The notes below the pieces were generated by a model that was not told the origin of the DNA, searched no databases, and worked only from the letters and a program-made list of their open reading frames with translations. 26,729 nt of DNA from a virus. Lineage: Duplodnaviria > Caudoviricetes. Each line of letters starts with the position of its first letter. Positions within the stretch are counted from its first letter, which is position 1. The DNA lies in IMG/VR virus record IMGVR_UViG_3300012952_000109, positions 1-26,729 of that record, one strand, 5' to 3'. The position numbers and the translations under genes were made by a program. Below, piece by piece: positions 1-7,549 of this stretch.

Positions 1-78
1 TATAAAGATCAAGTGAATGGCACTACAACTTGGAAAGATAAAATAACGGAGATAAAAAATAAATACCCTAAAGAATGA
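1..78 (+). CDS. 3' end of a gene, probably a tail/tail-fibre-associated protein (partial)
   Basis: Frame 1 reads YKDQVNGTTTWKDKITEIKNKYPKE*. This resembles the 'W.D.I..VK..YPK' C-terminus common in marine phage tail-associated proteins. Stop overlaps the next ATG (ATGA). Confidence 0.6.
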   Translation, partial: YKDQVNGTTTWKDKITEIKNKYPKE

Positions 79-233
79 TTTTATATTTAGAGTCACAACT
101 TGACCAAGCATATAGAGAATACTGCTTACTACAAGTAAGAAACGACATGCCTTTTTGTAATAGAGAGGGTTTTAGGGTATTGTATGAAAAGCTTATGGAA
201 CAAGCTTATGAGGCAATAGATGAAGAAGACTAG
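75..233 (+). CDS. small hypothetical protein (52 aa)
   Basis: Manual translation MILYLESQLDQAYREYCLLQVRNDMPFCNREGFRVLYEKLMEQAYEAIDEED; overlaps both neighbours, suggesting translational coupling. Confidence 0.65.
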   Translation: MILYLESQLDQAYREYCLLQVRNDMPFCNREGFRVLYEKLMEQAYEAIDEED

Positions 234-381
234 AGCAATTTTCAATAAAAATTTGTATAATGATGAACGTAGACAAAATAGGCGTACCAAACGAACCAGT
301 ATAGGAAATAGTAGGTTTAGCTTTGGTGCTGGTAGTAATAAAAAAGATACGCGTAAGCGCTATCGAGGACAAGGTAAATAA
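220..381 (+). CDS. small basic phage protein ending in KRYRGQGK (53 aa)
   Basis: Manual translation MKKTRAIF...KRTSIGNS...NKKDTRKRYRGQGK; the YRGQG terminus is a recurrent small phage protein motif; GAGG upstream. Confidence 0.75.
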   Translation: MKKTRAIFNKNLYNDERRQNRRTKRTSIGNSRFSFGAGSNKKDTRKRYRGQGK

Positions 382-531
382 ATGGAAACATTAATTATTA
401 TAATAATTGTATTAGTAGTAGCTGGTTTTTTACTTAAAAATTATGCCCCGACTACTTTTGATAAGATAAAAAGCTATATTAAAGCTTTATCTATTCTAGG
501 TATAATGAAGTCAGGTAAAAAGAGGAAATAA
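382..531 (+). CDS. small single-pass membrane protein (49 aa)
   Basis: METLIIIIIVLVVAGFLLKNYAP...KKRK; starts immediately after the previous stop. Confidence 0.6.
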   Translation: METLIIIIIVLVVAGFLLKNYAPTTFDKIKSYIKALSILGIMKSGKKRK

Positions 532-532
532 T

Positions 533-619
533 ATGCCAAAAGGTTTAGGAACATACGGGAAGAAACGCGGAAGACCTCCAGTTAAAAACAAAAAAATTAA
601 GAGGAAAAAGAAGAAATAA
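533..619 (+). CDS. very small basic peptide with AT-hook-like motif (28 aa)
   Basis: MPKGLGTYGKKRGRPPVKNKKIKRKKKK; GAGG RBS; stop abuts the next start. Confidence 0.7.
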   Translation: MPKGLGTYGKKRGRPPVKNKKIKRKKKK

Positions 620-1702
620 GTGAAAAATATTACCCCCGTAAGTAGATGGATTCTACTAGGGGTAATAGGAGTTTTATCAACCACCGTATTAGCGGATCAA
701 ACAGGCGATTGTACAGCTGGGGAACAGTATTGCGAGCAGAATAGTTTAGAAACAACTAACACTACAACTACGAACAATACTAATACCAACACAAATACTA
801 ATACCAACACAAATACTAATACAAATACTAATACGAATACTAATACAAACACTAACACTAATACTAATACCAACACTAATACTAATACCAACACAAATAC
901 TAATACCAATACCAATAGTAATACCAATGTAAATACTAATAATAGTACTAGTACGGCTACTAATACCAACAGCAACACAAACACAAATGTTTCTACGTCT
1001 ACAAGTACAGTAAACTCAAGTGTTGATCAGAATGTTACTAACACAAGTACTACAAACAACACTAACACATCCACAAGTACGTCCAACAATACGAATACAA
1101 ACAATAATACAAATAATAATACTAATATTAATAAAAATGAGAGTAAGTCTGAGTCAAATGTGCAAACAAATAATGTTAATCAGAACAATAACAACTCAAA
1201 ATCTGATAATACAAATAGAAATATAAACCAAAGCAACTCTACTCAGACAATCAAACAGGAAATAACAAGTAAAGCCCCTCCTGCTTCTGCTATAGCCCCA
1301 AGTATCATGTCTTATTCACAAGACCTTTGTACTGTTGGTAGATCAGGAGCATTTCAAGGACAAGTCTTTGGTATCTCAACAGGTAGAACAGTAAGAGATG
1401 AGAACTGTGAAAGGTTAAAACTATCTAAATATCTATATGATACAGGTATGAAGGTCGCATCTGTGGGTATACTTTGTCAGGATAAAAGAGTTTTTCAAGC
1501 AATGGAAATGGCAGGAACTCCTTGTCCAGCGTATGGAAAGATAGGTAAAGAGGCTAGTAAATATTGGAAAGAAAACCCTTCTAAAAGACCAGACGCTAAA
1601 CAATATAAAAGTGAGTTCATGAAACAGTGTAAAAACACTAGGGGAGAAAGCGGAAAATGGAAGTCAAAGCGTACCTGTAATGAAGAGTTTAATAACTACT
1701 AG
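620..1702 (+). CDS. secreted Asn/Thr-repeat protein with Cys-containing C-terminal domain
   Basis: 360-aa ORF; signal-peptide-like N-terminus (..TTVLA|DQ), long (NT)n tract, globular C-terminal domain (SAIAPS...DLC...NCERLKLSK...LCQD..VF.AM.MAGTPCP). Confidence 0.85.
   Translation: MKNITPVSRWILLGVIGVLSTTVLADQTGDCTAGEQYCEQNSLETTNTTTTNNTNTNTNTNTNTNTNTNTNTNTNTNTNTNTNTNTNTNTNTNTNTNTNSNTNVNTNNSTSTATNTNSNTNTNVSTSTSTVNSSVDQNVTNTSTTNNTNTSTSTSNNTNTNNNTNNNTNINKNESKSESNVQTNNVNQNNNNSKSDNTNRNINQSNSTQTIKQEITSKAPPASAIAPSIMSYSQDLCTVGRSGAFQGQVFGISTGRTVRDENCERLKLSKYLYDTGMKVASVGILCQDKRVFQAMEMAGTPCPAYGKIGKEASKYWKENPSKRPDAKQYKSEFMKQCKNTRGESGKWKSKRTCNEEFNNY
772..930 (+). repeat. coding hexamer tandem repeat (AAY ACN)n encoding (Asn-Thr)n
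   Basis: Directly visible run of aatact/aatacc/aacaca/aacact units with synonymous variation. Confidence 0.95.
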
Positions 1703-3887
1703 TATACTTCTATTAAGTAGTTTTTTAAGTTCTGCTTATATATACGAGCCAAATCAAAGTCTTTTCGATTTAACAAACCAAACCGGTACTACTAATTTTA
1801 ATACTGGTGATGATCAGTTATCAAATGCTTTTAATTTAGATTTTACCTTCACTTTATATGATGAAGACTTTACATCTGCCAGAATGGCTACAAATGGGTG
1901 TCTTCACTTTGGTTTAGGAACAGGGAATGTAAACTATAATAACTATTGTGGTGACTACACACCTGATCCATTACCCCACACCACTTATACTTTATACCCT
2001 TTCTGGACTGACTTAATTAGGGATGGTGGTTCAAAGATGCTTGCTAAAAACTTTACGGACAAAGCTGTTTTTGGTTGGTACAACATGAAGGAATATGGTC
2101 GTAATAATACTGATAATAGTTTTGAAGTTATACTTTGGACTAACGATACTTTTGAATATAGATATGGTGGATTAAATATAACTAACCACGATGTACTAAT
2201 AGGAGAACAAGGAAGTGCGACAGAGATCTATACGTACCTTTTTCACGATGAATGTAATACAGGTACAACTAATGTTGCTGGTACATGTGTAAACACAAAC
2301 TGGAATGGTACAGCTAGTAACACCGCTCTAGAAGGTGGGGGCAGTCTATATGGAGAGGGATCAGGCAATGCAGTGGACTGTAGTGACCCCCTGAATGACG
2401 CTAGTTGCTCAGGTTACGCAGCAGCTTATCTAACCCAACAATGTGGGTTAGACTCATTACACAGTACTTCATGTCCTTTATATTGGGAAGCCTATGATGA
2501 CCAGCAGTGTGATGAAGACCCTCAATACGCCCCTTTCTGTGCTGGGTACACACAAGAAGCATCAGTAGCCTATTACATTGAGGAAGAATTTGATTATGGT
2601 TATGGAGAAGAAACAAACTATGACGATTACTACATAGAAGAAGAGTGGTTTGAAGAGCCCTTTGAAGAATTTAACTACGTTGGGTATGAAGAAGAATATG
2701 AAGAAATATTAATAACTTTTGGGGGTGATGACATATTTGGGTGGGAGGAAGAAGAAATGCTATTTGAAGAATATAGTATAGGCGACATTGATCCACTCCC
2801 AGACTTCAATATAATTGAGGAAGAGTATATAGTATTTGAGCGTATTGATGAGCCTTTAGCTATTTTAGATATAATTAACACTGATGAGCTTATTGATATA
2901 TTTGAATTTGAAACAATAATTAGAGAGGAAATAGAATATGAAGAAGAGAGGATCGAAGAGTTCGAGTCTATTGAAGACTTGGAAGAATGGTTTGAAGAAA
3001 CAATGGACGAAATTCAAGAAGATGATGAAGTCTTCGAGATTACAGAAAGTCGTGAAGAGCTTCTTGCCGAAACCGAAGAAAGCACTGAAGAAGAAATCGA
3101 GTCCGAAGAAATCGAAGAAGTCTTCGCCGAAAACGAAGAAGAAGTAGGAGAACAAAGAAGTTCAGTAAGAATATCTGCTTTAGATGTTGTTGCTGGCACA
3201 ATGCAAACAGCCAGGAATAGTTATTCTTCTAGTGCGAATTCTGTAGGGGGAAATAGTTCAATATACTCTGGGGGGTCTAGTGGAGGGTCTAGTACTTCTA
3301 CGGTTACAAGCAGTTCATCTGGTGCGTCCATGTCATCAACGGGTGGGGTAAGTACAACAAGCTCTCCAAGTTTATCCGACCAATTCGCTTCTGCTTCTGC
3401 ACAAACACAACAAGTGTTGTCTATGAGTTCAGGAAGTGATATGTCTAGTAGCAGCTCTACTGTTACAGTTAGTGTATTACCTGATATAGATAACACCCCT
3501 CAAGTGTCTATGGCCGACGTTCAGGTCCAGGATATGCAAGGTGAGATAAATACAGCAGTATCAGGTGTTATGACATCAAGTGAGGCAGACCAAATAGCTG
3601 AACAAATAGTAGCTCAAAATATAGAATCTCAACAAGAACAAGCAGAAACAGAACAACAAGAGACAGGGCAGTATGGTGATGAGTCAACTTTAGTAGCTTA
3701 TTTAGGATATGTAGTAGGTTTTGATGCTTATAGAGAAGTACAAATGCCTACACAAGATACTTGGTACGAACCTAAAGCTATATATGCTAATTCTAATATG
3801 TCAGATAATGTACAAGCATTCTATCAATTAGCAGGAACTAACTTGAATAGACTTGGAGAAATGGTAAACTTACAACCAGATTTATAA
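1680..3887 (+). CDS. secreted protein with nidogen(NIDO)-like N-terminal domain, three Cys repeats, and Glu-rich and Ser-rich regions
   Basis: 735-aa ORF; signal peptide; 'FTFTLY...ATNGCLHF...LYPFWTDL...NSFEVIL...FEYRYG' resembles NIDO-type domains; repeats CSDPLNDASCSGY / CGLDSLHSTSCPLY / CDEDPQYAPFCAGY. Confidence 0.75.
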   Translation: MKSLITTSILLLSSFLSSAYIYEPNQSLFDLTNQTGTTNFNTGDDQLSNAFNLDFTFTLYDEDFTSARMATNGCLHFGLGTGNVNYNNYCGDYTPDPLPHTTYTLYPFWTDLIRDGGSKMLAKNFTDKAVFGWYNMKEYGRNNTDNSFEVILWTNDTFEYRYGGLNITNHDVLIGEQGSATEIYTYLFHDECNTGTTNVAGTCVNTNWNGTASNTALEGGGSLYGEGSGNAVDCSDPLNDASCSGYAAAYLTQQCGLDSLHSTSCPLYWEAYDDQQCDEDPQYAPFCAGYTQEASVAYYIEEEFDYGYGEETNYDDYYIEEEWFEEPFEEFNYVGYEEEYEEILITFGGDDIFGWEEEEMLFEEYSIGDIDPLPDFNIIEEEYIVFERIDEPLAILDIINTDELIDIFEFETIIREEIEYEEERIEEFESIEDLEEWFEETMDEIQEDDEVFEITESREELLAETEESTEEEIESEEIEEVFAENEEEVGEQRSSVRISALDVVAGTMQTARNSYSSSANSVGGNSSIYSGGSSGGSSTSTVTSSSSGASMSSTGGVSTTSSPSLSDQFASASAQTQQVLSMSSGSDMSSSSSTVTVSVLPDIDNTPQVSMADVQVQDMQGEINTAVSGVMTSSEADQIAEQIVAQNIESQQEQAETEQQETGQYGDESTLVAYLGYVVGFDAYREVQMPTQDTWYEPKAIYANSNMSDNVQAFYQLAGTNLNRLGEMVNLQPDL

Positions 3888-3985
3888 TGAAAGAACGTAT
3901 AATAGATGGAGCTATTTATGTAATCTATTGTACTTGTTGGTTATATTTAATTTTATTAATTGGAAGTGAAAATGGATTGGTTTAA
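3887..3985 (+). CDS. possible tiny membrane peptide (32 aa)
   Basis: MKERIIDGAIYVIYCTCWLYLILLIGSENGLV; TAATG coupling to the upstream gene. Confidence 0.4.
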   Translation: MKERIIDGAIYVIYCTCWLYLILLIGSENGLV

Positions 3986-4340
3986 AAACACAACAACTCA
4001 ACTAATAGCCTTAGTAAGTATAGTAGGTACTTTGGCTGGTTTCGGGTATACAGGGGCCACTTACATAAATAGACTTGAAAACTTAGAAGCAAAGATAGGT
4101 GGTATTGGAGCTACAAAAAATGCTCAACAAGCCATTGAAGAACGGTTTGCGGCTATTGAAAAATCAGTAGAATATATAAATAAAAGTATAGATGGTGGAA
4201 TTAACCCATCATTAAAAACTATTGCTGAAACTTCTAATGAATCAGGCAAAAAAATTATTGCCCTACAAAAAGAAGTAGAGTATTTACAAGACGCAATTGA
4301 CGAAATTAGGAACGATAATAAGAACCCATTACTAGATTAG
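3972..4340 (+). CDS. membrane-anchored coiled-coil protein
   Basis: ATG at 3972 preferred over TTG 3960; N-terminal hydrophobic helix (LIALVSIVGTLAGFGY) followed by heptad-like segments. Confidence 0.8.
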   Translation: MDWFKNTTTQLIALVSIVGTLAGFGYTGATYINRLENLEAKIGGIGATKNAQQAIEERFAAIEKSVEYINKSIDGGINPSLKTIAETSNESGKKIIALQKEVEYLQDAIDEIRNDNKNPLLD

Positions 4341-4349
4341 GAGTAGATA

Positions 4350-4442
4350 GTGAGTAGAGACCAAAAAATAATAGCGCTTATTATAGCTTCACTAGGATTG
4401 GCTGTTACTTTGTTACTTACTTTAATTGTACATTATGCCTAG
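4350..4442 (+). CDS. possible tiny membrane peptide (30 aa)
   Basis: AGGAG RBS then GTG; MSRDQKIIALIIASLGLAVTLLLTLIVHYA. Confidence 0.5.
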   Translation: MSRDQKIIALIIASLGLAVTLLLTLIVHYA

Positions 4443-4698
4443 TAGTAAAAATTACAAAAGGGACTATGCACAAGAGTATGCAAACTACCATTCAAAACCA
4501 AAACAAAAAAAACGGAGGGCAGCAAGAAATGGGGCTAGGAGACAAGCTGAAAAAACGGGCAGGGTATCTAAGGGAGACGGTAAGGATATACACCACGTTG
4601 ATGGGAATCCTACTAATAATAGTACTAACAATCTTGTGGTACGTAGTAGGAATAGTAACAGATCTTTTTCAAGGAATAAAAAAGCTGGTAAAAAATAG
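4435..4698 (+). CDS. HNH endonuclease
   Basis: GDGKDIHHVDGNPTNNSTNNL...NRS HNH motif; basic N-terminus (RDYAQEY...KRRAARN.ARR); ATG at 4435. Confidence 0.88.
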   Translation: MPSSKNYKRDYAQEYANYHSKPKQKKRRAARNGARRQAEKTGRVSKGDGKDIHHVDGNPTNNSTNNLVVRSRNSNRSFSRNKKAGKK

Positions 4699-4711
4699 GA
4701 GATAGTTTGTT

Positions 4712-4882
4712 ATGACAACTAAAACAATAAAGAAAAGAGCGCGTACAAAAACTGGAAAGTATGTAAAGGATGATCCTAAAACTTCAACTAATGAAGCATG
4801 GACATACACTGGACCTACTTACATGTGGATTGCACACGCTGTAGAAGATAAAATTAAAAAATATTTAGAGAAAACACATTAA
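4712..4882 (+). CDS. small hypothetical phage protein (56 aa)
   Basis: AGGAG RBS; MTTKTIKKRARTKTGKYVKDDPKTSTNEAW...; the 'RAR...G.Y..DDP.T..NEAW' motif recurs in phage proteins. Confidence 0.75.
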   Translation: MTTKTIKKRARTKTGKYVKDDPKTSTNEAWTYTGPTYMWIAHAVEDKIKKYLEKTH

Positions 4883-4889
4883 TATCATT

Positions 4890-4926
4890 TATAGATATTG
4901 ATAAGTAAAATCAATATCTATATAAT
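4890..4926 (+). promoter_or_regulatory. sigma70-type promoter overlapped by a perfect 13-bp inverted repeat (candidate operator)
   Basis: TTGATA (4898-4903), 17-bp spacer, TATAAT (4921-4926); TATAGATATTGAT (4890-4902) and ATCAATATCTATA (4910-4922) are exact reverse complements. Confidence 0.75.
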
Positions 4927-4963
4927 GCGCAGCGTGATGGAGCTGTGTAAAGGAATAATAATA

Positions 4964-5029
4964 ATGGTATCAACTATAGGAATGTTTCCTTTGTTAATTG
5001 CTCTTTCAGAACTTACTTTATATATTTAA
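4964..5029 (+). CDS. possible 21-aa hydrophobic peptide
   Basis: AAGGA RBS; MVSTIGMFPLLIALSELTLYI; the only ORF with an RBS that I saw between the promoter and terminator. Confidence 0.4.
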   Translation: MVSTIGMFPLLIALSELTLYI

Positions 5030-5048
5030 AAGTATGAATTCTCCCCAT

Positions 5049-5090
5049 AAAAAAAAGGACCTGATGCATCATGTGTCGGGTCCTTTTTTT
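5049..5090. terminator. bidirectional intrinsic terminator at the convergence of the plus and minus gene blocks
   Basis: A8-GGACCTGATGCA-tca-TGTGTCGGGTCC-T7. Confidence 0.9.
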
Positions 5091-5126
5091 CCTTTAATAA
5101 TAAGTAACGGTCTTTTTATTGGACTG

Positions 5127-5351
5127 TTATTTATTATCTTCAGTTGATGGTTTCTTATTTACTTCTTCGTCAACTTTGTCAACTATAGTTTTTACTGCGT
5201 TAACAGGTATAGATATAGCTGTTTGACCAACACTTACAGTGTCATCAATTGCAGCATTACCTATAGCTTTACCAGAGTCTATGGTTGTTGACAGAGTCGT
5301 ACAACCACCAAGAATTAAAAAAGGTAAGAAAACTAGTACTAATTTTTTCAA
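5127..5351 (-). CDS. small lipoprotein
   Basis: MKK + hydrophobic stretch + LGGC lipobox; GAGG RBS. Confidence 0.75.
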   Translation of the reverse strand: MKKLVLVFLPFLILGGCTTLSTTIDSGKAIGNAAIDDTVSVGQTAISIPVNAVKTIVDKVDEEVNKKPSTEDNK

Positions 5352-5391
5352 TTTTTTTCCTCGTTCTTATTTGCGTTAGATCGTCGTTCAA

Positions 5392-5667
5392 CTAACGCTT
5401 GTTTGATTTTCGTATTGTACCATTTATAGGGGTTGGCCTCCAACCAGTAGGAACACACTGCCTAATAGTAAACCCATCTCCAGCATTTCTTATGTTGATA
5501 AGTTTCTTTTCTATGTCAGTATATTTTGACCATTGACGAATTTCTGTTTCAAGCCTTCCACAGCCTTTACAACGTTCGTCTCCGAACTGTCTGGTAGTAC
5601 ACCATCCTACACATGGGTTGCCTGCTAAGCTCTCAGATTCACCCTTTAATTGCGCTAATTTACACAT
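5392..5667 (-). CDS. DUF1289-family Cys-rich protein
   Basis: NPCVGWCTT..GDERCKGCGRLETEIRQW...EK pattern; GGAGG RBS. Confidence 0.85.
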   Translation of the reverse strand: MCKLAQLKGESESLAGNPCVGWCTTRQFGDERCKGCGRLETEIRQWSKYTDIEKKLINIRNAGDGFTIRQCVPTGWRPTPINGTIRKSNKR

Positions 5668-5726
5668 AAAACCTCCAATTTTCAGTTTTTCGTGCCTATA
5701 GCTTTGATAATATTACACTTTTTCTA

Positions 5727-5957
5727 TTAATTGTCTAATTTATTTAAAGTTTTTAATAGTCTATTTTCATACCATTCAGCTTTTTTTAGGTCCTCAATAC
5801 CGTTTTTATACCTAAATCTCCAACGATATTTAAGGCTATTACCCCGTAAATATCCTATAAATTCTTCTGGAGATAACATAGCTTCTATAGCATCTATACA
5901 TTCTATGTTCCCATTATTATAGTGAGGAGGATTATTTACATAATCTATTTTTTTCAT
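5727..5957 (-). CDS. DUF3310-family protein
   Basis: D.VNNPPHY..GNIECIDAI...GYLRGN.LKY.WR...KNG.EDLKKAEWY signature. Confidence 0.92.
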   Translation of the reverse strand: MKKIDYVNNPPHYNNGNIECIDAIEAMLSPEEFIGYLRGNSLKYRWRFRYKNGIEDLKKAEWYENRLLKTLNKLDN

Positions 5958-6160
5958 AGCACACGTTTCCTATATAAAGTATAAACTTCTATAAAAGTAG
6001 ATATTGCTGCTCTAGGAGCATTCGCTTCTTCAAGGTATTTTAGTTGGGGTATGAATTTACCATCGAACGGGTAATTAGGATCTTTTAAAGCAAAAGAACA
6101 AAACCGGCCTATATGGCCAGTATCATTTTCTTGTAGTAGCATAAAAGTTTTAAAATTCAT
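5954..6160 (-). CDS. YozE/SAM-like fold small protein (tentative)
   Basis: M.F..F......IG.F......DPNYP........YLEE..A...AI..F......Y pattern resembles the YozE family. Confidence 0.55.
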   Translation of the reverse strand: MNFKTFMLLQENDTGHIGRFCSFALKDPNYPFDGKFIPQLKYLEEANAPRAAISTFIEVYTLYRKRVL

Positions 6161-6164
6161 ATTA

Positions 6165-6197
6165 AAAAGAAATGGGGGGCACTACATCCCCCCATAT
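6165..6197 (-). terminator. intrinsic terminator after the SSB-like gene
   Basis: Minus strand ATGGGGGG-atgtagtg-CCCCCCAT-TTCTTTTT. Confidence 0.8.
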
Positions 6198-6205
6198 CTC
6201 AATTA

Positions 6206-6889
6206 TTAAGCAGCCCCGTTAGAACGTTGTGTACGTTCATATAACTCCTTGGCTACATTATAATCGGCATCTTGAGCCCAGCCAACTTCCGTAACATCCA
6301 AGTTATAGAACTGTTGTCCAGCTCTATTGGCTTTTTTAACGGACTCAAGCTTCCATAGAACAGAGAATCTGTCACCACCTTTAGTTTGGATTTGTGAATT
6401 CCAAGAACGTGAAACACGTAGCTTAGAAGAGGAGAAATCCATAATAAAAGGTATGCCAAGTTCTCCGGTCTCTGGATTCTTTTCAACAAGTAGATGTGAA
6501 TGTGTTTGTATTACATCATGTTGTTCAGGATCCATGTTTTGCTCTGTCATAAACTCAGTAGCTTGTTGGAGACTATTAAAAGTCCCTATAAGTCCACCAC
6601 CGAATTCACGTTTTTTCCATACAACAAAGTCTTCAGTAAAACGTACGTTAAGAGCATAAAGCTCTGTACCGTAGTTTTCCTTTGTAACATTGTTAATGAA
6701 ATGTCCAGGTTTAGCTCCCTCTATGTATTCGCTGTGGTTCTCGTCAACTTCGTTGTTAAGTTGTTGTAACAATTTAACACGAGGAGTTTGAAGATGTTCT
6801 GTTGAAACTTCTTCATTACCGAGCCCGGCACTTTCTTTTACATGAGCAGGAACTGAATCTGATACGAGGGCTATTTCTTGATTTTCCAT
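6206..6889 (-). CDS. phage replication-module protein, putative ssDNA-binding protein
   Basis: 227 aa; 'L..PRVKLLQ....EV......YIEGAKPG.F.N.VT.E.YG' motif seen in phage replication modules; SSB function inferred from context. Confidence 0.6.
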   Translation of the reverse strand: MENQEIALVSDSVPAHVKESAGLGNEEVSTEHLQTPRVKLLQQLNNEVDENHSEYIEGAKPGHFINNVTKENYGTELYALNVRFTEDFVVWKKREFGGGLIGTFNSLQQATEFMTEQNMDPEQHDVIQTHSHLLVEKNPETGELGIPFIMDFSSSKLRVSRSWNSQIQTKGGDRFSVLWKLESVKKANRAGQQFYNLDVTEVGWAQDADYNVAKELYERTQRSNGAA

Positions 6890-6917
6890 CGTTATTTTTT
6901 CCTTATTTCATAGTTAA

Positions 6918-7295
6918 TTAACGCGATCTGTAATTAATACGGACCACTTCCGTTGATCTTACACCTGGAACATTTTGTCCCAAAGATAGGATCTCCCTAA
7001 ATGCTTGCGCACTAAGACGTCTATGTAAAAGCTCAAACTGCTTTGTAGCAAGTATGTGCTCATATATTTGGTCCCAGTCCTCAGCACTAGGCATAGTTTC
7101 TGTTTTCACAGAAATCGTTGCACGGTCATTAGCTGTACGGTCGATACCTTGATCGTCCATAATTGCTACTAACCTAGATTCTAGATCGACCTTTTTTTGG
7201 ACGAACTCCTTTCTTTTTTCATCAAGAGAGTTTATAGAGTCTCTTGTGTTAGCTAATTCATTAATTAGTTCATTTATATTTGATTCTTCTGTCAT
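6918..7295 (-). CDS. conserved phage coiled-coil protein (Gam-like architecture)
   Basis: N-terminal coiled coil, then 'ATIS......P..EDWD.IY..I.....FELL.RRLS......VPGV'. Confidence 0.65.
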   Translation of the reverse strand: MTEESNINELINELANTRDSINSLDEKRKEFVQKKVDLESRLVAIMDDQGIDRTANDRATISVKTETMPSAEDWDQIYEHILATKQFELLHRRLSAQAFREILSLGQNVPGVRSTEVVRINYRSR

Positions 7296-7297
7296 TT

Positions 7298-7549
7298 TTA
7301 ATGCCTCGTCATTTCTTGAGTGTTATACAAAATATTTATCTGATCAGCTAGGCTCAGGGCTTCTTCGCCTGCTTTATCTATAATAGAAGAGAATTCATCC
7401 CCTGTTTCAGGTTCTGTAATAACCATTGTATTTGCTATTGTAAATAACAATGCAGCAGCTAATACTTCATTAGGAAACTGGCTGAGATATAGCACTTTGT
7501 CTTCTATATCCGTCCCCAGATATATCTTGTCTTGTTGCATTTTTTTCAT
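7298..7549 (-). CDS. hypothetical protein
   Basis: ORF track 7298..7561; ATG at 7549 or 7540 more plausible; overlaps the helicase 3' end. Confidence 0.6.
   Translation of the reverse strand: MKKMQQDKIYLGTDIEDKVLYLSQFPNEVLAAALLFTIANTMVITEPETGDEFSSIIDKAGEEALSLADQINILYNTQEMTRH

Noticed and set aside
697-984. 95-aa Val/Leu-rich minus-strand ORF
   Set aside because: Antisense shadow of the (Asn-Thr)n repeat.
2401-3496. Several short overlapping ORFs, including the Lys-rich 2938..3147
   Set aside because: Alternate-frame or antisense shadows of low-complexity Glu- and Ser-rich segments of the 735-aa gene.
4466-4705. 79-aa ORF overlapping the HNH gene
   Set aside because: Alternate frame of a gene with a clear HNH motif; no RBS.
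3972-5351. Lysis cassette (spanins/holin) from the membrane coiled-coil protein and the lipoprotein
   Set aside because: The two genes are on opposite strands and no endolysin is visible in the window.
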